A DNA stretch of 64,000 nucleotides from positions 1,391,091-1,455,090 of the forward strand of contig JANHCV010000012.1 in the NCBI GenBank assembly GCA_025594325.1. The letters are read 5' to 3'. The stretch's first letter is position 1. Each line of letters starts with the position of its first letter. The translations under genes and the position numbers were made by a program. The notes below the pieces were generated by a model. The model was not told the origin of the DNA and searched no databases. It saw nothing but the letters and a program-made list of their open reading frames with translations. Shown piece by piece: positions 43,115 to 53,613 of this stretch. The DNA comes from Blastocladiella emersonii ATCC 22665. Lineage: Eukaryota; Fungi; Blastocladiomycota.

Positions 43115-45079
43115 ATGCAACCGCACACCATGCAACCAACTGCCCTCGCGCCCGACGCGCCGCCGCCGCACCCCGCCCAGCAGGGCCCGCCGCCCGCGCA
43201 GGACCCGCACTTCCTCGCCGTCAAGCTGCTCCGCCTCGCCCGCCCGCCCGTCGACCCGCTCGCCCTCCACGCCGCCCTGCCCGCCGCACCGCCCGCGCCC
43301 GGCGCCGACTCCCTGCTCGCGCTCTACCCGCCACGGCGCGACGCCGATGCGCCTGCGAGCGACCCGCTGTGGGACCCCGTCGCCGCCCTGCCGCCCGCGC
43401 CGCTCGCCGATGCACCACAGCCCGCATCCCCGACTAGCCCGAGCCCGCCGCGCGCCGCCTCGGCCGCTGCCCACCTCGCCCGCAACGCTGCGCCGCTCCC
43501 ACACGCCCTCGCCCTCCCGACCTCGTTCGGCAACATCTACCTCGGCGAGCCGCTGCGCTTTGCCCTCCACGTCAACCACGACGGCGCTGGCCCCGTGCCT
43601 GGCGCGCCGCCCGTCGCCGCGAACCCCGTCTCGGTCAAGATCGAGCTACAGACCTCCACCACCCGCTCCGTACTCCTCGACACGGCCGCCGCGCCCACGG
43701 CCCCCGCCATCGCCATCCCGCCCTGCGCCGCCCACCGCTGGACCGTCCACCACGACGTGCGCGAGCTCGGCATGCACATTCTCGTCGTCCAGGTCCTCTA
43801 CTCGCCTACAGCCCCCGCCGCTGCCTCTGCAACTCCGGCACAGCACCAGCTCCAGCAGCCGCAGCAGCAGCAGCGGTACCTGCGCAAGTTCTACAAGTTC
43901 CAGGTCCTCAACCCCTTCCAGGTCCGCACCAAGACCACCGCCCTGCCGCACGCCCGCGTCCTGCTCGAGCTCGCCCTCCAGAACCTCGCCACCACCCCGG
44001 TCCACCTCGCCCGCGTCGCCCTCGTCCCCAACACGGCCGACTACCACGTCGTCGACGTGGCCGCAGCCGGGCCCGCCAACTTGTTCCCGTCCGCCCACCT
44101 CCAGCCGGGCGACCTGCGCCAGTACCTCTACCAGTTTACCCCGCGCTCTTCCTCGGCGTCCTCCTCAACGACCCTCGCCGCGGCCACGGCGCCACCACAA
44201 CCCGCCGCCCTCGGCCGCCTCGAGCTCGAGTGGGAGGGCGCTCTCGAGGCCGGCCGTCTGCAGACCCCGCCGCTCCCGCGCAAGACCGTCGACGCCGACC
44301 TCGAGGTCGCCGACATTGCCAGCCCGCGCGCCGCCCCGCTCGGCGTCCCGTTTGCCGTCACTCTGCTCGTCACCAACACCACTCGGGTTCCCGCCACGCT
44401 GCACGCCCAGTTCACCCCGCTCACCGCGCCCGGGAACGCGGCACCACCCGTGCCGCCCGTCCCCGGGTCCGCTTCGGACGCCGCGTCAACCAAGTCCCCC
44501 GTCGCGGGCCGCCCCGACTCGCCCCTCGCGTCCCCACCCGGCCAGCTCCTCCACCACCAGCAACCACCGCTCCCGCCAAGTCACGCGTCCGTCGCCTCGC
44601 TCGCTGGAAGCCGCAGCGGGACGCCCAGCCTGCTCTCGAACGCGGGCACCGGCCGCGCCTCGCCCACGGCGTCGATGACGGGCGGCCGGCTCTCCCCGGC
44701 CAGCACCGCCGGCTTCGCGCGCCGCCCGACGCACCTGCTCACGCCCGGGAGCAACTTTGCCGCCTTCCGCGCCGTGACCGCGCCCGCGCAGCACGCCATT
44801 GGGACGGGCGGGCCTGACCCGCCGTCGGCTTTGGCCTCGTCGCCACCACCGCCGCCGCCCATTGTGTCGCCCATCGACCGCAACCCGTACCTGGTCGTCC
44901 TCGGGCCCAGCACCTACCCGCTCGCCGACGTGCCCGCGGCCGGCGGCAACGCGCACCTCGTGCTCCAGGTCGTCGGCCTGCGCCGCGGCGTCCTCGCGCT
45001 CCCGCCTGTCCGACTCGTTGACGCGCGGTCCGGCGTCGTGCGCGAGGTCGATCCGCGGGTTCGCGTCCTCGTCGGGTAG
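43115..45079 (+). CDS. TRAPPC13: Trafficking protein particle complex subunit 13
   Basis: KLLRLARP, LPTSFGNIYLGE, VKIELQT, HHDVRELGMHILV, LRKFYKFQVLNPFQVRTK, LQPGDLRQYLY, LGRLELEW..GRLQT. Confidence 0.9.
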   Translation: MQPHTMQPTALAPDAPPPHPAQQGPPPAQDPHFLAVKLLRLARPPVDPLALHAALPAAPPAPGADSLLALYPPRRDADAPASDPLWDPVAALPPAPLADAPQPASPTSPSPPRAASAAAHLARNAAPLPHALALPTSFGNIYLGEPLRFALHVNHDGAGPVPGAPPVAANPVSVKIELQTSTTRSVLLDTAAAPTAPAIAIPPCAAHRWTVHHDVRELGMHILVVQVLYSPTAPAAASATPAQHQLQQPQQQQRYLRKFYKFQVLNPFQVRTKTTALPHARVLLELALQNLATTPVHLARVALVPNTADYHVVDVAAAGPANLFPSAHLQPGDLRQYLYQFTPRSSSASSSTTLAAATAPPQPAALGRLELEWEGALEAGRLQTPPLPRKTVDADLEVADIASPRAAPLGVPFAVTLLVTNTTRVPATLHAQFTPLTAPGNAAPPVPPVPGSASDAASTKSPVAGRPDSPLASPPGQLLHHQQPPLPPSHASVASLAGSRSGTPSLLSNAGTGRASPTASMTGGRLSPASTAGFARRPTHLLTPGSNFAAFRAVTAPAQHAIGTGGPDPPSALASSPPPPPPIVSPIDRNPYLVVLGPSTYPLADVPAAGGNAHLVLQVVGLRRGVLALPPVRLVDARSGVVREVDPRVRVLVG

Positions 45080-45364
45080 CTGAGGGTTGGACGCGATAGA
45101 GAGAGAGACTTGATGTGTGTGGCTCGATGAGCTGAATATGTGATTCTGATTGCAATCTCCTCCTTTCCTTTCCTGTGTGCCGCTCTAGCTGACAGCGCTC
45201 GGGCTCGGAATGAGCGACGCGCTTTGAGCACGCGTTGCGCCATTCGCGTGACGACGGGGCGACGGGGGTCGCGACTCAGACGCGTCGGCGCGCGACCTGA
45301 TCTGCTCGGGCTCCCTGCACGCTCGCCCAAAAGCGCTCCCCACTTGAATGAACTCGATGCAACC

Positions 45365-46680
45365 ATGAATCGCTCAGCCGCTGAATCGCCGCTCACGAGC
45401 GCCGTCGCCCGCATGGAGCTGCAGGACCCCGCCGGCCTGCAGGAGCGCTACGCGTTCCTGTGCGACTACGCCGACCCGCACGCCCAGCTCAACCGCGAGT
45501 ACATTCTCTTCTTCTACCCCGACGACAACTCGGTCGAGATGGTACCGCTGCTTTGCCCGCACGCACGGAGGAACCACATCGCTTAAACCAGTTGCGAGCG
45601 TAGTTTGACCTCAAGTCGCGGCGCACCTTTCTCCGTCGGACCAAGTACCCGTCGCTCGCGCTCAGCGACATTGTGCTCGGGACCGCCGTGACTATCTTCT
45701 CGCGCCAGCTGCACGTCCGCGACTACGCCGACGCGTTCACGCGGAACAAGATGGACCGCGCGCTGCAGCGCCTGCACCTCCTGGTGCCCGAGGACCTCCC
45801 CGTCGGCCCCATCATCGCCGCGTTCCAGGGCGCGTGCACGGTCCAGGCGATGCGCCGGCTGCCGCGGCACCCGATGGCCGGCGGCAAGCCCGCGTACCTG
45901 GTCCACATCGTGGCCGTGTCCGGCGTCCGCCCGAGCTCGGGCGCGGTCCGCACGGGGAGCACGGCCACGGCGCTCGCGGCCGATCTCGCCGAGGTCCAGC
46001 GGCGGTGGGACTGCGTGCAGGTCCTCGACGAGTCCACGTTCGACAACCAGTTCCACGCGCCGCGGCCCGTCGACCCGCCAAAGCGGGCGGCGCCCTCGAC
46101 GTTGATGATCATCAAGCCGCACGCGGTGCTCGAGGGCCGCGTCGGCGCTGTCCTCGCCCATGTCGCGGCGTCCGGGTTCCAGATCGCTGACCTGCAGTCG
46201 TTTGTGCTCTCGAAACCCGACGCCCACGACTTTTTGGAGATTTACAAGGGCGTGCTGCCCGAGTACCACGTACGGCGCACACTGTGGGCGGCTCGGACCC
46301 GACTGACCCTTGCTCGCGTAGCTGATGGTCGACGAGTTCACCAGCGGTCCCCTCATTGCCATGTACGTCCGCGACACGCTGCCGAGCCAGTCGACCGCGT
46401 ACTCACTCTCTTGACGGTACAGGGAGCTAGTCGGCCCTGCAGACCCGGTCACGGCCCTGCGCGAGCTGTCTGGGCCCTACGATCCGGAGCTCGCCCACGT
46501 CCTCCACCCCAACTGTCTGCGCGCCAAGTTTGGCCGCGACAAGGTCAAGAACGCGGTCCACTGCACCGATCTCAAGGAGGACGCCGAGCTCGAGGTACAC
46601 TTCGCGAGACGCGTACCGGAAGCTACCGCTGACATGATCCCCTCGTGCAGGTCCAGTTTTTCTTCCAGATCGTGGGCTAG
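45365..46680 (+). CDS. NME7: Nucleoside diphosphate kinase 7 (DM10 + NDK), ciliary microtubule inner protein
   Basis: DM10: ERYAFLCDYADPHAQLNREYILFFYPDDNSVEM|FDLKSRRTFLRRTK. NDK-B: TLMIIKPHAV, FLEIYKGVLPEY, GPYDPELA, LRAKFG..KVKNAVHCTDL. Four introns. Confidence 0.9.
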
Positions 46681-46839
46681 CAGAGGTGAGGCGCGCGCTG
46701 AACGTCAGCGAGCTCGCCGAAGCCGTCGGTGGACGCGTCGGTCATCGCGGCACGCACCCCGCCACCCTCCTTTCTCCCCTCGCTCGCTGGATCCGCTCAC
46801 TCGGAGCGAATACACTTCCTGCAACGCATTACATTTACC

Positions 46840-48196
46840 ATGGAAGACCTGTTTTCGAAGCTGGGTGCGTCCGGGCATCCCACCTCGCCCGCCCCGCCCG
46901 CCCCGCAGATGGACGTCTGACCGATGGATGCACTCCTCAGCGATCCACGCCGTCACCGTCGCCGGCAAGGCCGCGTTCGGGATGGCCGTCAGCAAAGCCG
47001 TCAAGCAGCTGACCGACTACGCCACGGGCGATGAAGGCGGCGCCAAGGGGAAGAAGGCCTCCGCCGCCAAGGCCGTCGCACCCGCGGCTGCCGCGCAGCC
47101 CGACGACGATGCGGCGGTCCTCGACGACCTGCGCGCCAAGCTGCAGCAAAAGGTGGCCATCCTGACGCCGTCCATTGACCTGATCCAGGTCGTCTCGGCC
47201 AAGTCCAACAACCAGGGCCTGCACGCCGTGCTGTCCATGGCTGACGACCTGAACGCCGAGATCGACGAGCTCCTCGCCACGCTCAATGACACGGCCTCGC
47301 CGCCCGCCGCCGCGACCGTGTCGGCGCGCGTCCGCCGCATCCTCGCCAAGATCGAGGACGCGGTGCCCTACATCAACCTCGCGCTCGCCGTGTCGGGCGT
47401 GCGGCTCGGCGGCGAGGGCGGGCTCTCGATGCACACGCTGCTCAACGCGTCGCGCGCCGTCCTCTCGGCGGGCGACGGGGACGCGTTCATGGGCACCGCG
47501 TTCCCGTGCCGCGTCTACCGCCTGTTCGAGGCGTCGGTGCGCGCCGAGGGCCTGCCCAACTGGACATGGAAGCTCGAGCACCTGCAGTCCTCGGCCGCTG
47601 TGTGGCGCGGCGCCGGCAAGGCGGGCGGCGACCGCGTCGTGGTCCGCGAAATGTCGCCCATGCCCGGCGAGGCCCCGCAGGTCCTCGACTTTGACGTGGC
47701 CAGCCTCAAGGCCATGTTCTTCACCGCGACCGGCCGCCTGCTCAACATCCCCAACTCGGAGCCCGGCCGCCCCGTGCTCGTCCTGCACATGGACGAGTAC
47801 GTCGCCATCGAGGTGCTCGCGCCCGAGGACGACGACGACGACTCGGACCTCGACGACGACGATTCGGACGATGGTGGCGACAGCGACGGCGAAAAGTCCA
47901 AGCCCAAGTCGTCGAGGCCCAAGGCCAAGGACGCCGTTGTGGCGCCCCCCGCCGACCCGAAGCGCCCGTGGGTCGCCGCACCGATGCCCACGACGTCATC
48001 CACGTCGCTGGCGCTGCTCGAGTCGATCCTCCGCCTCGCGGCGCTCGAGAACACGCTCGGCGGCGTCTCGCACCTCGACGTGCCCGACGACGAGCTGTGG
48101 GCGCACCTCTCCAACAACCAGACGCAGGGGATCGGGTCCATGGTCCCGCTCGCGAGCTCGGGGCGCGCAACGCCTGCGAGCGGCCGCCGCAAGTGA
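46840..48196 (+). CDS. YRB30: RanGTP-binding protein Yrb30-like
   Basis: MEDLFSKL|AIHAVTVAGKAAFGMAVSKAVKQL, LQQKVAILTPSIDLIQVVSAK, ILAKIEDAVPYINLAL, and SLALLESILRLAALE..HLDVPDDEL. One intron. Confidence 0.75.
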
Positions 48197-48318
48197 ATGT
48201 GTCGCGCCGAAATACAATCTCATGTTAGGTCAACGCGAGCTCAGCGAATTTAACTACCTTCTCTCGACTGTACAGGGCAGGGCAGGGTACTCTTGAACAA
48301 AACAGAGGGAGGGGAATC

Positions 48319-49683
48319 TCACGCCTTGGGCTCGCCCTTGGCGTTCATGAGCGACGCGTCGCCGGTGCCGGGGACGCCGCGGTGGAGCAGGCGCGGGCCG
48401 TCGCCAATGCGCGCGTGCAGGATGCGCTTGACGCCGCCCTCGGGCTGCACGGGGACACGCGTCTGGATCGCGGCGGCGACGGGGCGCGGGGCCGGGTAGT
48501 TGTCGAGGATCGTGTACGGGTCGGCAAAGTAGTCGATGGCGGTGACGCCGGCGGTGCGCGGGAGGTAGTGGTTGAGCCACAGGAGGACCTCGGGGACGAA
48601 CTGGCGCGGCAGGTACAGCACGGCGTTGGGTCCAGCGTCGTACGTGTACGCGACCTTGTACTTGCCCGCGTAGCCCGGGGCCGGGGTCGCGTTGTAGTCG
48701 GTGACGAGCTGGATGATGGCGCGGCTCACGTCGTTGAGGTAGAAGATGGGCGGGAACGTGTCGAGGCACACGGCGTGGAACTGGTTCGAGTCCTTCATGG
48801 TGAGCTCGGCAAACGCGTCAAAGTCGCGGGCGTGGATCGCCGCCTTCATGGCGGCCATGCGCTCGGGGACGACCGTGGCGAACCGGTGCGCGGCGAGCGT
48901 GCTCGTGTCGACGGTGGTCTGCATGCCGCTCGTCGAGCTGACGCCCTTCTTGCCGTCGTGCACGACCAGGACCAGGGCCTCGATCTCGGGCCAGTGCGAC
49001 GCGGGCGCCACCTGCACGGCGACGCTGTCGCTGCCGTCGGCGGCGGAGCCCATCTCCCAGCTCACGAACCCGCCGTACAGCGAGCGGCACGCGGAGCCGG
49101 ACCCGAGGCGCGCGAGCGACGAGAGCAGCGCGCGGCCGGCACCCAACTCGGGCTCCGAGGCGGCGGGGAGACCGTACACGTGGGCGAGCACGGCGACGAG
49201 CGCGGCAAAGCCCGAGGCGGAGCTGGCGAGGCCGGCGGCGGTCGGGAAGTTGTTCTCGGAGACGAGGCGCAGGGGCCACGTCGAGATCTTGGGCAGCGAA
49301 GCGTCGGCGGCCTCGAGGGCGCGGCGCTGGGCGCGCAGGGCGGTCACGACGTTGGCGAGGCGCTTGGACTCGGAGATGGGCTCCGGGTGGCCGTTCAGCC
49401 ACAGCGCGTCGGTCGGCAGGACGCCGTCGCCGCGCGCGGCGGCCGCGGCGTCAGCGGGCGTCGACCACGCGGCGTCGGCGCGGCCCGTGGTCTTGGAGTG
49501 CAGAATGTCCTGCGACAGCGTCGCCGACAGCGACGAGTTGGTGGGCAGAATCAGCTTCTCGTCGCGCTTGCCCCAGTACTTGATCACGGCAATGTTGACG
49601 GGCGCCGTGACGGTCGCCTCGATGGCGTTCATGGACGCCGGGTCCTTGGCAGCGGCGGTGGCGGCAGCGGTGGTAGACGACAT
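48319..49683 (-). CDS. MVD1: Diphosphomevalonate decarboxylase
   Basis: APVNIAVIKYWGKRD..LPTNSSLS, NNFPTAAGLASSASG, ARLGSGSACRSLYGG, MKDSNQFHAVCLDTFPPIFY, AYTYDAGPNAV. Confidence 0.97.
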   Translation of the reverse strand: MSSTTAAATAAAKDPASMNAIEATVTAPVNIAVIKYWGKRDEKLILPTNSSLSATLSQDILHSKTTGRADAAWSTPADAAAAARGDGVLPTDALWLNGHPEPISESKRLANVVTALRAQRRALEAADASLPKISTWPLRLVSENNFPTAAGLASSASGFAALVAVLAHVYGLPAASEPELGAGRALLSSLARLGSGSACRSLYGGFVSWEMGSAADGSDSVAVQVAPASHWPEIEALVLVVHDGKKGVSSTSGMQTTVDTSTLAAHRFATVVPERMAAMKAAIHARDFDAFAELTMKDSNQFHAVCLDTFPPIFYLNDVSRAIIQLVTDYNATPAPGYAGKYKVAYTYDAGPNAVLYLPRQFVPEVLLWLNHYLPRTAGVTAIDYFADPYTILDNYPAPRPVAAAIQTRVPVQPEGGVKRILHARIGDGPRLLHRGVPGTGDASLMNAKGEPKA

Positions 49684-50126
49684 GGTGTAGCGTTGGTGTT
49701 GGCAAGCGAGCAAGGTGTGCGATCACAGGGGAGAGGGGGAGGACAGGTCGGGCGGCAGGCAGTCTCGTCGAGCGCTAGTGGTACAGATGCATTGGTGCCG
49801 CAAAGACGGTTCACAAGCAGGTTCACAAGGGAGAGCGGAGGCGAAGACTCTTTGGACGGGAACCGCTCCTCAGGAGGCGCGTCGCTCTTCGGCCACGCGG
49901 CAGGATCGCCGCTCCGCCGCCTCGGGCCGGTCACGCGGCCAGCATGTGACCGCGGGACGCGACGCGTTTTCTCGGCTGTCTCGCACCGCGCAGCCGTTTC
50001 CGCGAGCGGCCTACGTGTCTCCCGTCGTAAATGACCACCTGGCGCGGAGCGAAAGACTTTGCAAGCAGCTCTGCTCGCCAATGCCTTCACGCTCTCGCAA
50101 AACATACTTCACGCTGCAAAACATCA

Positions 50127-51191
50127 ATGGCAAACTTCATCGACACGCCCGAACCCCCTGCAAAGCCGATGCTTTCGCAGCGGGCCATGGAGGCTACTCG
50201 CCTGTTCCAGGAGGCCAAGACCGCCTTCGCGGCGGGCGCGCCAGCCTCCCCGCGCTCGCCCATCGCAGAGTCGGCGTGGCAAGCCGCGTCCTCGACGAGC
50301 CGCCGAGTGGGCCGCGTCGCCAAGGCCTGGTGGACCACCGTGTCGGCTCTTCCGGCGTCGCAGCGTGCACGCGATCGGTGGGCCGTGGCGGAGCGTCATC
50401 CCGCTGTCATCTCCATGTCGGCGCGGCTTGGGCTCCCGCCGACCGCCATCGTGGCAACACTTGCCGCCGTCGCTGCCCTCCTCGTCGCCCGCGCGCCGCA
50501 CCGCGTCCTGTCGTGGTCGCTCGCGTTTGTCCCGATTGCTCGCACCATCCGCGCACTGGAAGCGCCCGCGCCGGTCACGCCGGGCACCTGGATCGCCGAT
50601 GCCGCGGCAGCGCCGCACGCCGACCTCCTCAAGACGTGGCTCGTGTTCGCTCTTCTCTCCACGTCGTGGCCTGTTCGCCGTGGCCGCCCGTCTCTCATCG
50701 GCACTCTCGTCCGCGCCGCGCTGCTGCGGCACGCCCCGGCTGTCTACTCGCAGGCGCTCCGCCCGCTTCTCGCCGTTGTGGCTCGCTCGGTTGCGCCCGG
50801 CCTGTTCGGTTTCCCGACTGCTGGCGAAAGCACAGCTGTCGGCGGCGCCGCCGATACTCTCCCCGCATGGCTGGCTCGTATCCTTGGCGTGGTCACCGCT
50901 GCGCATCCCGAGTGGAGCGACTACCTCCCGTCGTCGCCCGACGTGGTCAAGGCGTCCACGGAACTCGTCACGGGCCTCGCGCGTGCGAGCTCGATCGCCG
51001 CCGCCGGCTCCGACGAGGTGACGCCGACAGCCGCGGCGGCGGCGCCCGCTCTCCTGTCGGTCGCTGCCGGCGGCAAGCTGCCGTCCCAGTTCCTTGACGT
51101 GGACGGCGACGCTTCTTCCACGGCGCCGACCTCTACCGCGGGCCAGACCTCGACACGGGGCGCCCGTGGTGGATCGGTCATGGCTCAGTAG
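50127..51191 (+). CDS. Membrane protein with diverged HVA22/TB2-DP1 (REEP/Yop1)-like core (tentative)
   Basis: Hydrophobic hairpins with VLSWSLAFVPIARTIRAL, DLLKTWLVFALL and APAVYSQALRPLL, which echo the REEP pattern. Confidence 0.45.
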   Translation: MANFIDTPEPPAKPMLSQRAMEATRLFQEAKTAFAAGAPASPRSPIAESAWQAASSTSRRVGRVAKAWWTTVSALPASQRARDRWAVAERHPAVISMSARLGLPPTAIVATLAAVAALLVARAPHRVLSWSLAFVPIARTIRALEAPAPVTPGTWIADAAAAPHADLLKTWLVFALLSTSWPVRRGRPSLIGTLVRAALLRHAPAVYSQALRPLLAVVARSVAPGLFGFPTAGESTAVGGAADTLPAWLARILGVVTAAHPEWSDYLPSSPDVVKASTELVTGLARASSIAAAGSDEVTPTAAAAAPALLSVAAGGKLPSQFLDVDGDASSTAPTSTAGQTSTRGARGGSVMAQ

Positions 51192-51530
51192 CGACGTGGG
51201 ATATTCGTTTATATGGTTTAGTCGAACTGGCGTGACATGCGAGAATAAGAGTGTCCCGCACACTCGGTGAGCTGAGCCGCGAGCGCGCATTCGAGTCAGC
51301 CCAGGTCGTCGATTGAGATTCTCATATTTACATGCGGTGGGACTGGACAGATCGCCAAGCCACCCGAGCATCTCGTGCTCAGGGCCGTCAGTCGCGTCAA
51401 GGCGTGTTCGTGTCCCGACTACCCATCCCTGCCTCAACGAGATGCGGATGCGCGGATCGCTGAGATTTGTACCGAGTGCCAAGCGTGTTACAAAGGCCAC
51501 TTGGCTTTATTGAGCTCACATCGCGTCCAA

Positions 51531-52533
51531 CTACGCCTCGACGCCGGCCTCGGCCTCGCGCGGGAGCATCGTCGCGAACGTCAGGAAGCTCGTGTGCCCG
51601 CGCGCAACGTTCCGCGGGCGCAGCATCGTCGCTGCAACCGCCACGTCGGGGCTCGCCTCCGCCGCAGGGACGCCCACCTTCTTGGCTTGCGGCTTCATGG
51701 TCCGCGCCGCGTCGGCCGTGCGCAGCGTCACGTTCCGCACGTCGTTCTCGCGCAGCAGGCACTCGACCATGGTCACGTCGACGAACCCGGCCGCGCGCAA
51801 CGCGTCGCACGTCCGGTCCACCTGCTCAATGCATGGCGAGAAGCAGCAGATGTAGGTCGTCGTGTCGCGGCGGAGCGCTTGTGCTGCGCTCGGCACCGCC
51901 TCCCACGGCGCGGGCAGGTCGAGGAACGCCGCGTCGACGAGGTTGGTCAGCGGGAACCCGTTCTTGCACACGTCGCGGCACTCGATCGTCACGAAGCTGC
52001 TCAGACCGTGCGCCTCAAATTCCTCGCTACACGCGTGCCGACGGGGCTCAGTCAGCACCACCGATTGTAGACCCGTGAGCCTGCTCGTGACAACCGTACC
52101 GCGCAGCATTGGTCCGCTCGGCGTGGTACTCGAACGTGTACAGGTGGCCCGTCGGTGCCACGGACCGGATGAGCGAGTGCGAGAACGACCCGGACCCTGT
52201 GCCAGACTCGAGCACCTTGCACCCGGGCTTGAGCCGCAACCGCGCCGTGATGTACGAGATGTCGGCCTGGTACAGGATCTGCGTGCGGTGCGGCAGCGAC
52301 AGCGTCCACAGCTCGGGCGTCGGGTGCAGGATGATGATGGAGCCCTGCCCGTTGTGCCCGCCGAACCGCGTGCCCCACGGCTTGCCGATGAAGTCGTCGT
52401 GCTTGAAGGAACCCGCGCGGTTGTTGAGCACAGTGCCGGCCTTGATCTGGACGGGGTGCACGTCGTTGTGCCCGCGGTACAGGATCGCCCAGTCGCCGTC
52501 GGCGATCGTCTCCGTGTACGTGGCGAAGGTCAT
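51531..52533 (-). CDS. TRM61: tRNA (adenine58-N1)-methyltransferase catalytic subunit
   Basis: LHPTPELWTLSLPHRTQILY..DIS, VLESGTGSGSFSH, TFEYHAER, AFLDLPAPW, CCFSPCIEQV, GHTSFLTFA. One intron ~52034-52105. Confidence 0.96.
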
Positions 52534-52552
52534 TTCTGCAAGTCTGTTTTCA

Positions 52553-52594
52553 CTAGTGCTTCATGGACTGGAGGGCAGGGAAGGAGGACTTCAT
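52553..52594 (-). other. Possible upstream ORF (MKSSFPALQSMKH) before TRM61
   Basis: ATG at 52594, second in-frame ATG, TAG 52553-52555, ending 19 nt before the TRM61 ATG. Whether it is transcribed is unknown. Confidence 0.3.
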
Positions 52595-52649
52595 TGAACG
52601 ACACGACGGCAAAAGGGAGAACGAGAAAACAGGAGAGGCGCGAACAGCA

Positions 52650-53534
52650 TCACGTGGCGTCATGCGGCTCGTTGCCACTCTCGACGCGTCGCGTTTCGGC
52701 CGTCGCCGCCCCGCCTTCGAGCCCCTCGAGCCACTCGAGCAGGTCATGGCGGTGGAGCTGAACCGCGATGCGCGCGTCTTGCGGACCTGATGCATCGTCT
52801 GTGATGGCCGCGATCACGGCGACGTGCGAAGCGTCCAGCCACAGCGAGGCCGCCTGTGCGGCGCGTCCATCGGCGATTCCTCGGAGACGCTGCCAGTCCC
52901 GCGTGTTGACGAGTGGGTTCGGGTACTCGGACAACTCGATTCGCTGCAGCGGCTCCATGGCACCGTTCAGTCCGTGACCCGTCGCCTTGACAACCGCCTC
53001 CTTGTAAGCCCAGCTTGTCGCGAACGCAGCCGCCGCATCGCTTTCGCTCATGGCTGCGAGTGATCGCGACTCGGCCGGCCCAAGCAGTGGTGCATACAGC
53101 TCCAGATCGTCGCCTGCTGCATCACTGCTCGTCACATCGACGCCAATCGAGACACCGTGTGAGCTTACGGTGGCAAACACAACCCACGAGCCGTGATGCG
53201 AGAGGTTAAAGTCCACGTCCCCGCCGTCGAGAAGCGCGGGCTTTCCTCGGCCACTGGCGGGCCTTACGATCACCGCTGCGGTGCCGCCGCCTAGATCACG
53301 CAGCGCGGTCCGCATGAGCAGAGCGCCGACGGCCGTGCGGAGCTGGTCGTCGGGGCGGCGGAGGCGGTGGATGCGCTCGCGCTCCCACGCAGCCGTGCAC
53401 TCCACGACGTCGGGATCGGCGAGTGTCGTGGTCGCGCGCGGGGTCAGGTCGTCAACGAGCGCGAGCACCCTGCTCAACACACGCCCCGTGCTCACATCGC
53501 GAGGAAGTTGGATTGCATAGAGTTGCACGTTCAT
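52650..53534 (-). CDS. Sfp-type 4'-phosphopantetheinyl transferase (Lys5/CfwA/AASDHPPT-like)
   Basis: DQLRTAVGALLMR, GRGKPAL, DFNLSHHG, IGVDV, WAYKEAVVKATGHGL. Confidence 0.87.
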   Translation of the reverse strand: MNVQLYAIQLPRDVSTGRVLSRVLALVDDLTPRATTTLADPDVVECTAAWERERIHRLRRPDDQLRTAVGALLMRTALRDLGGGTAAVIVRPASGRGKPALLDGGDVDFNLSHHGSWVVFATVSSHGVSIGVDVTSSDAAGDDLELYAPLLGPAESRSLAAMSESDAAAAFATSWAYKEAVVKATGHGLNGAMEPLQRIELSEYPNPLVNTRDWQRLRGIADGRAAQAASLWLDASHVAVIAAITDDASGPQDARIAVQLHRHDLLEWLEGLEGGAATAETRRVESGNEPHDAT

Positions 53535-53613
53535 TGCTTCATTCGATTCGTTATACAGGTACACAAGCTCGGCGCCGCTTTCAGAGCGACGGTGCGGCGG
53601 GGCGAGCTGCGAG

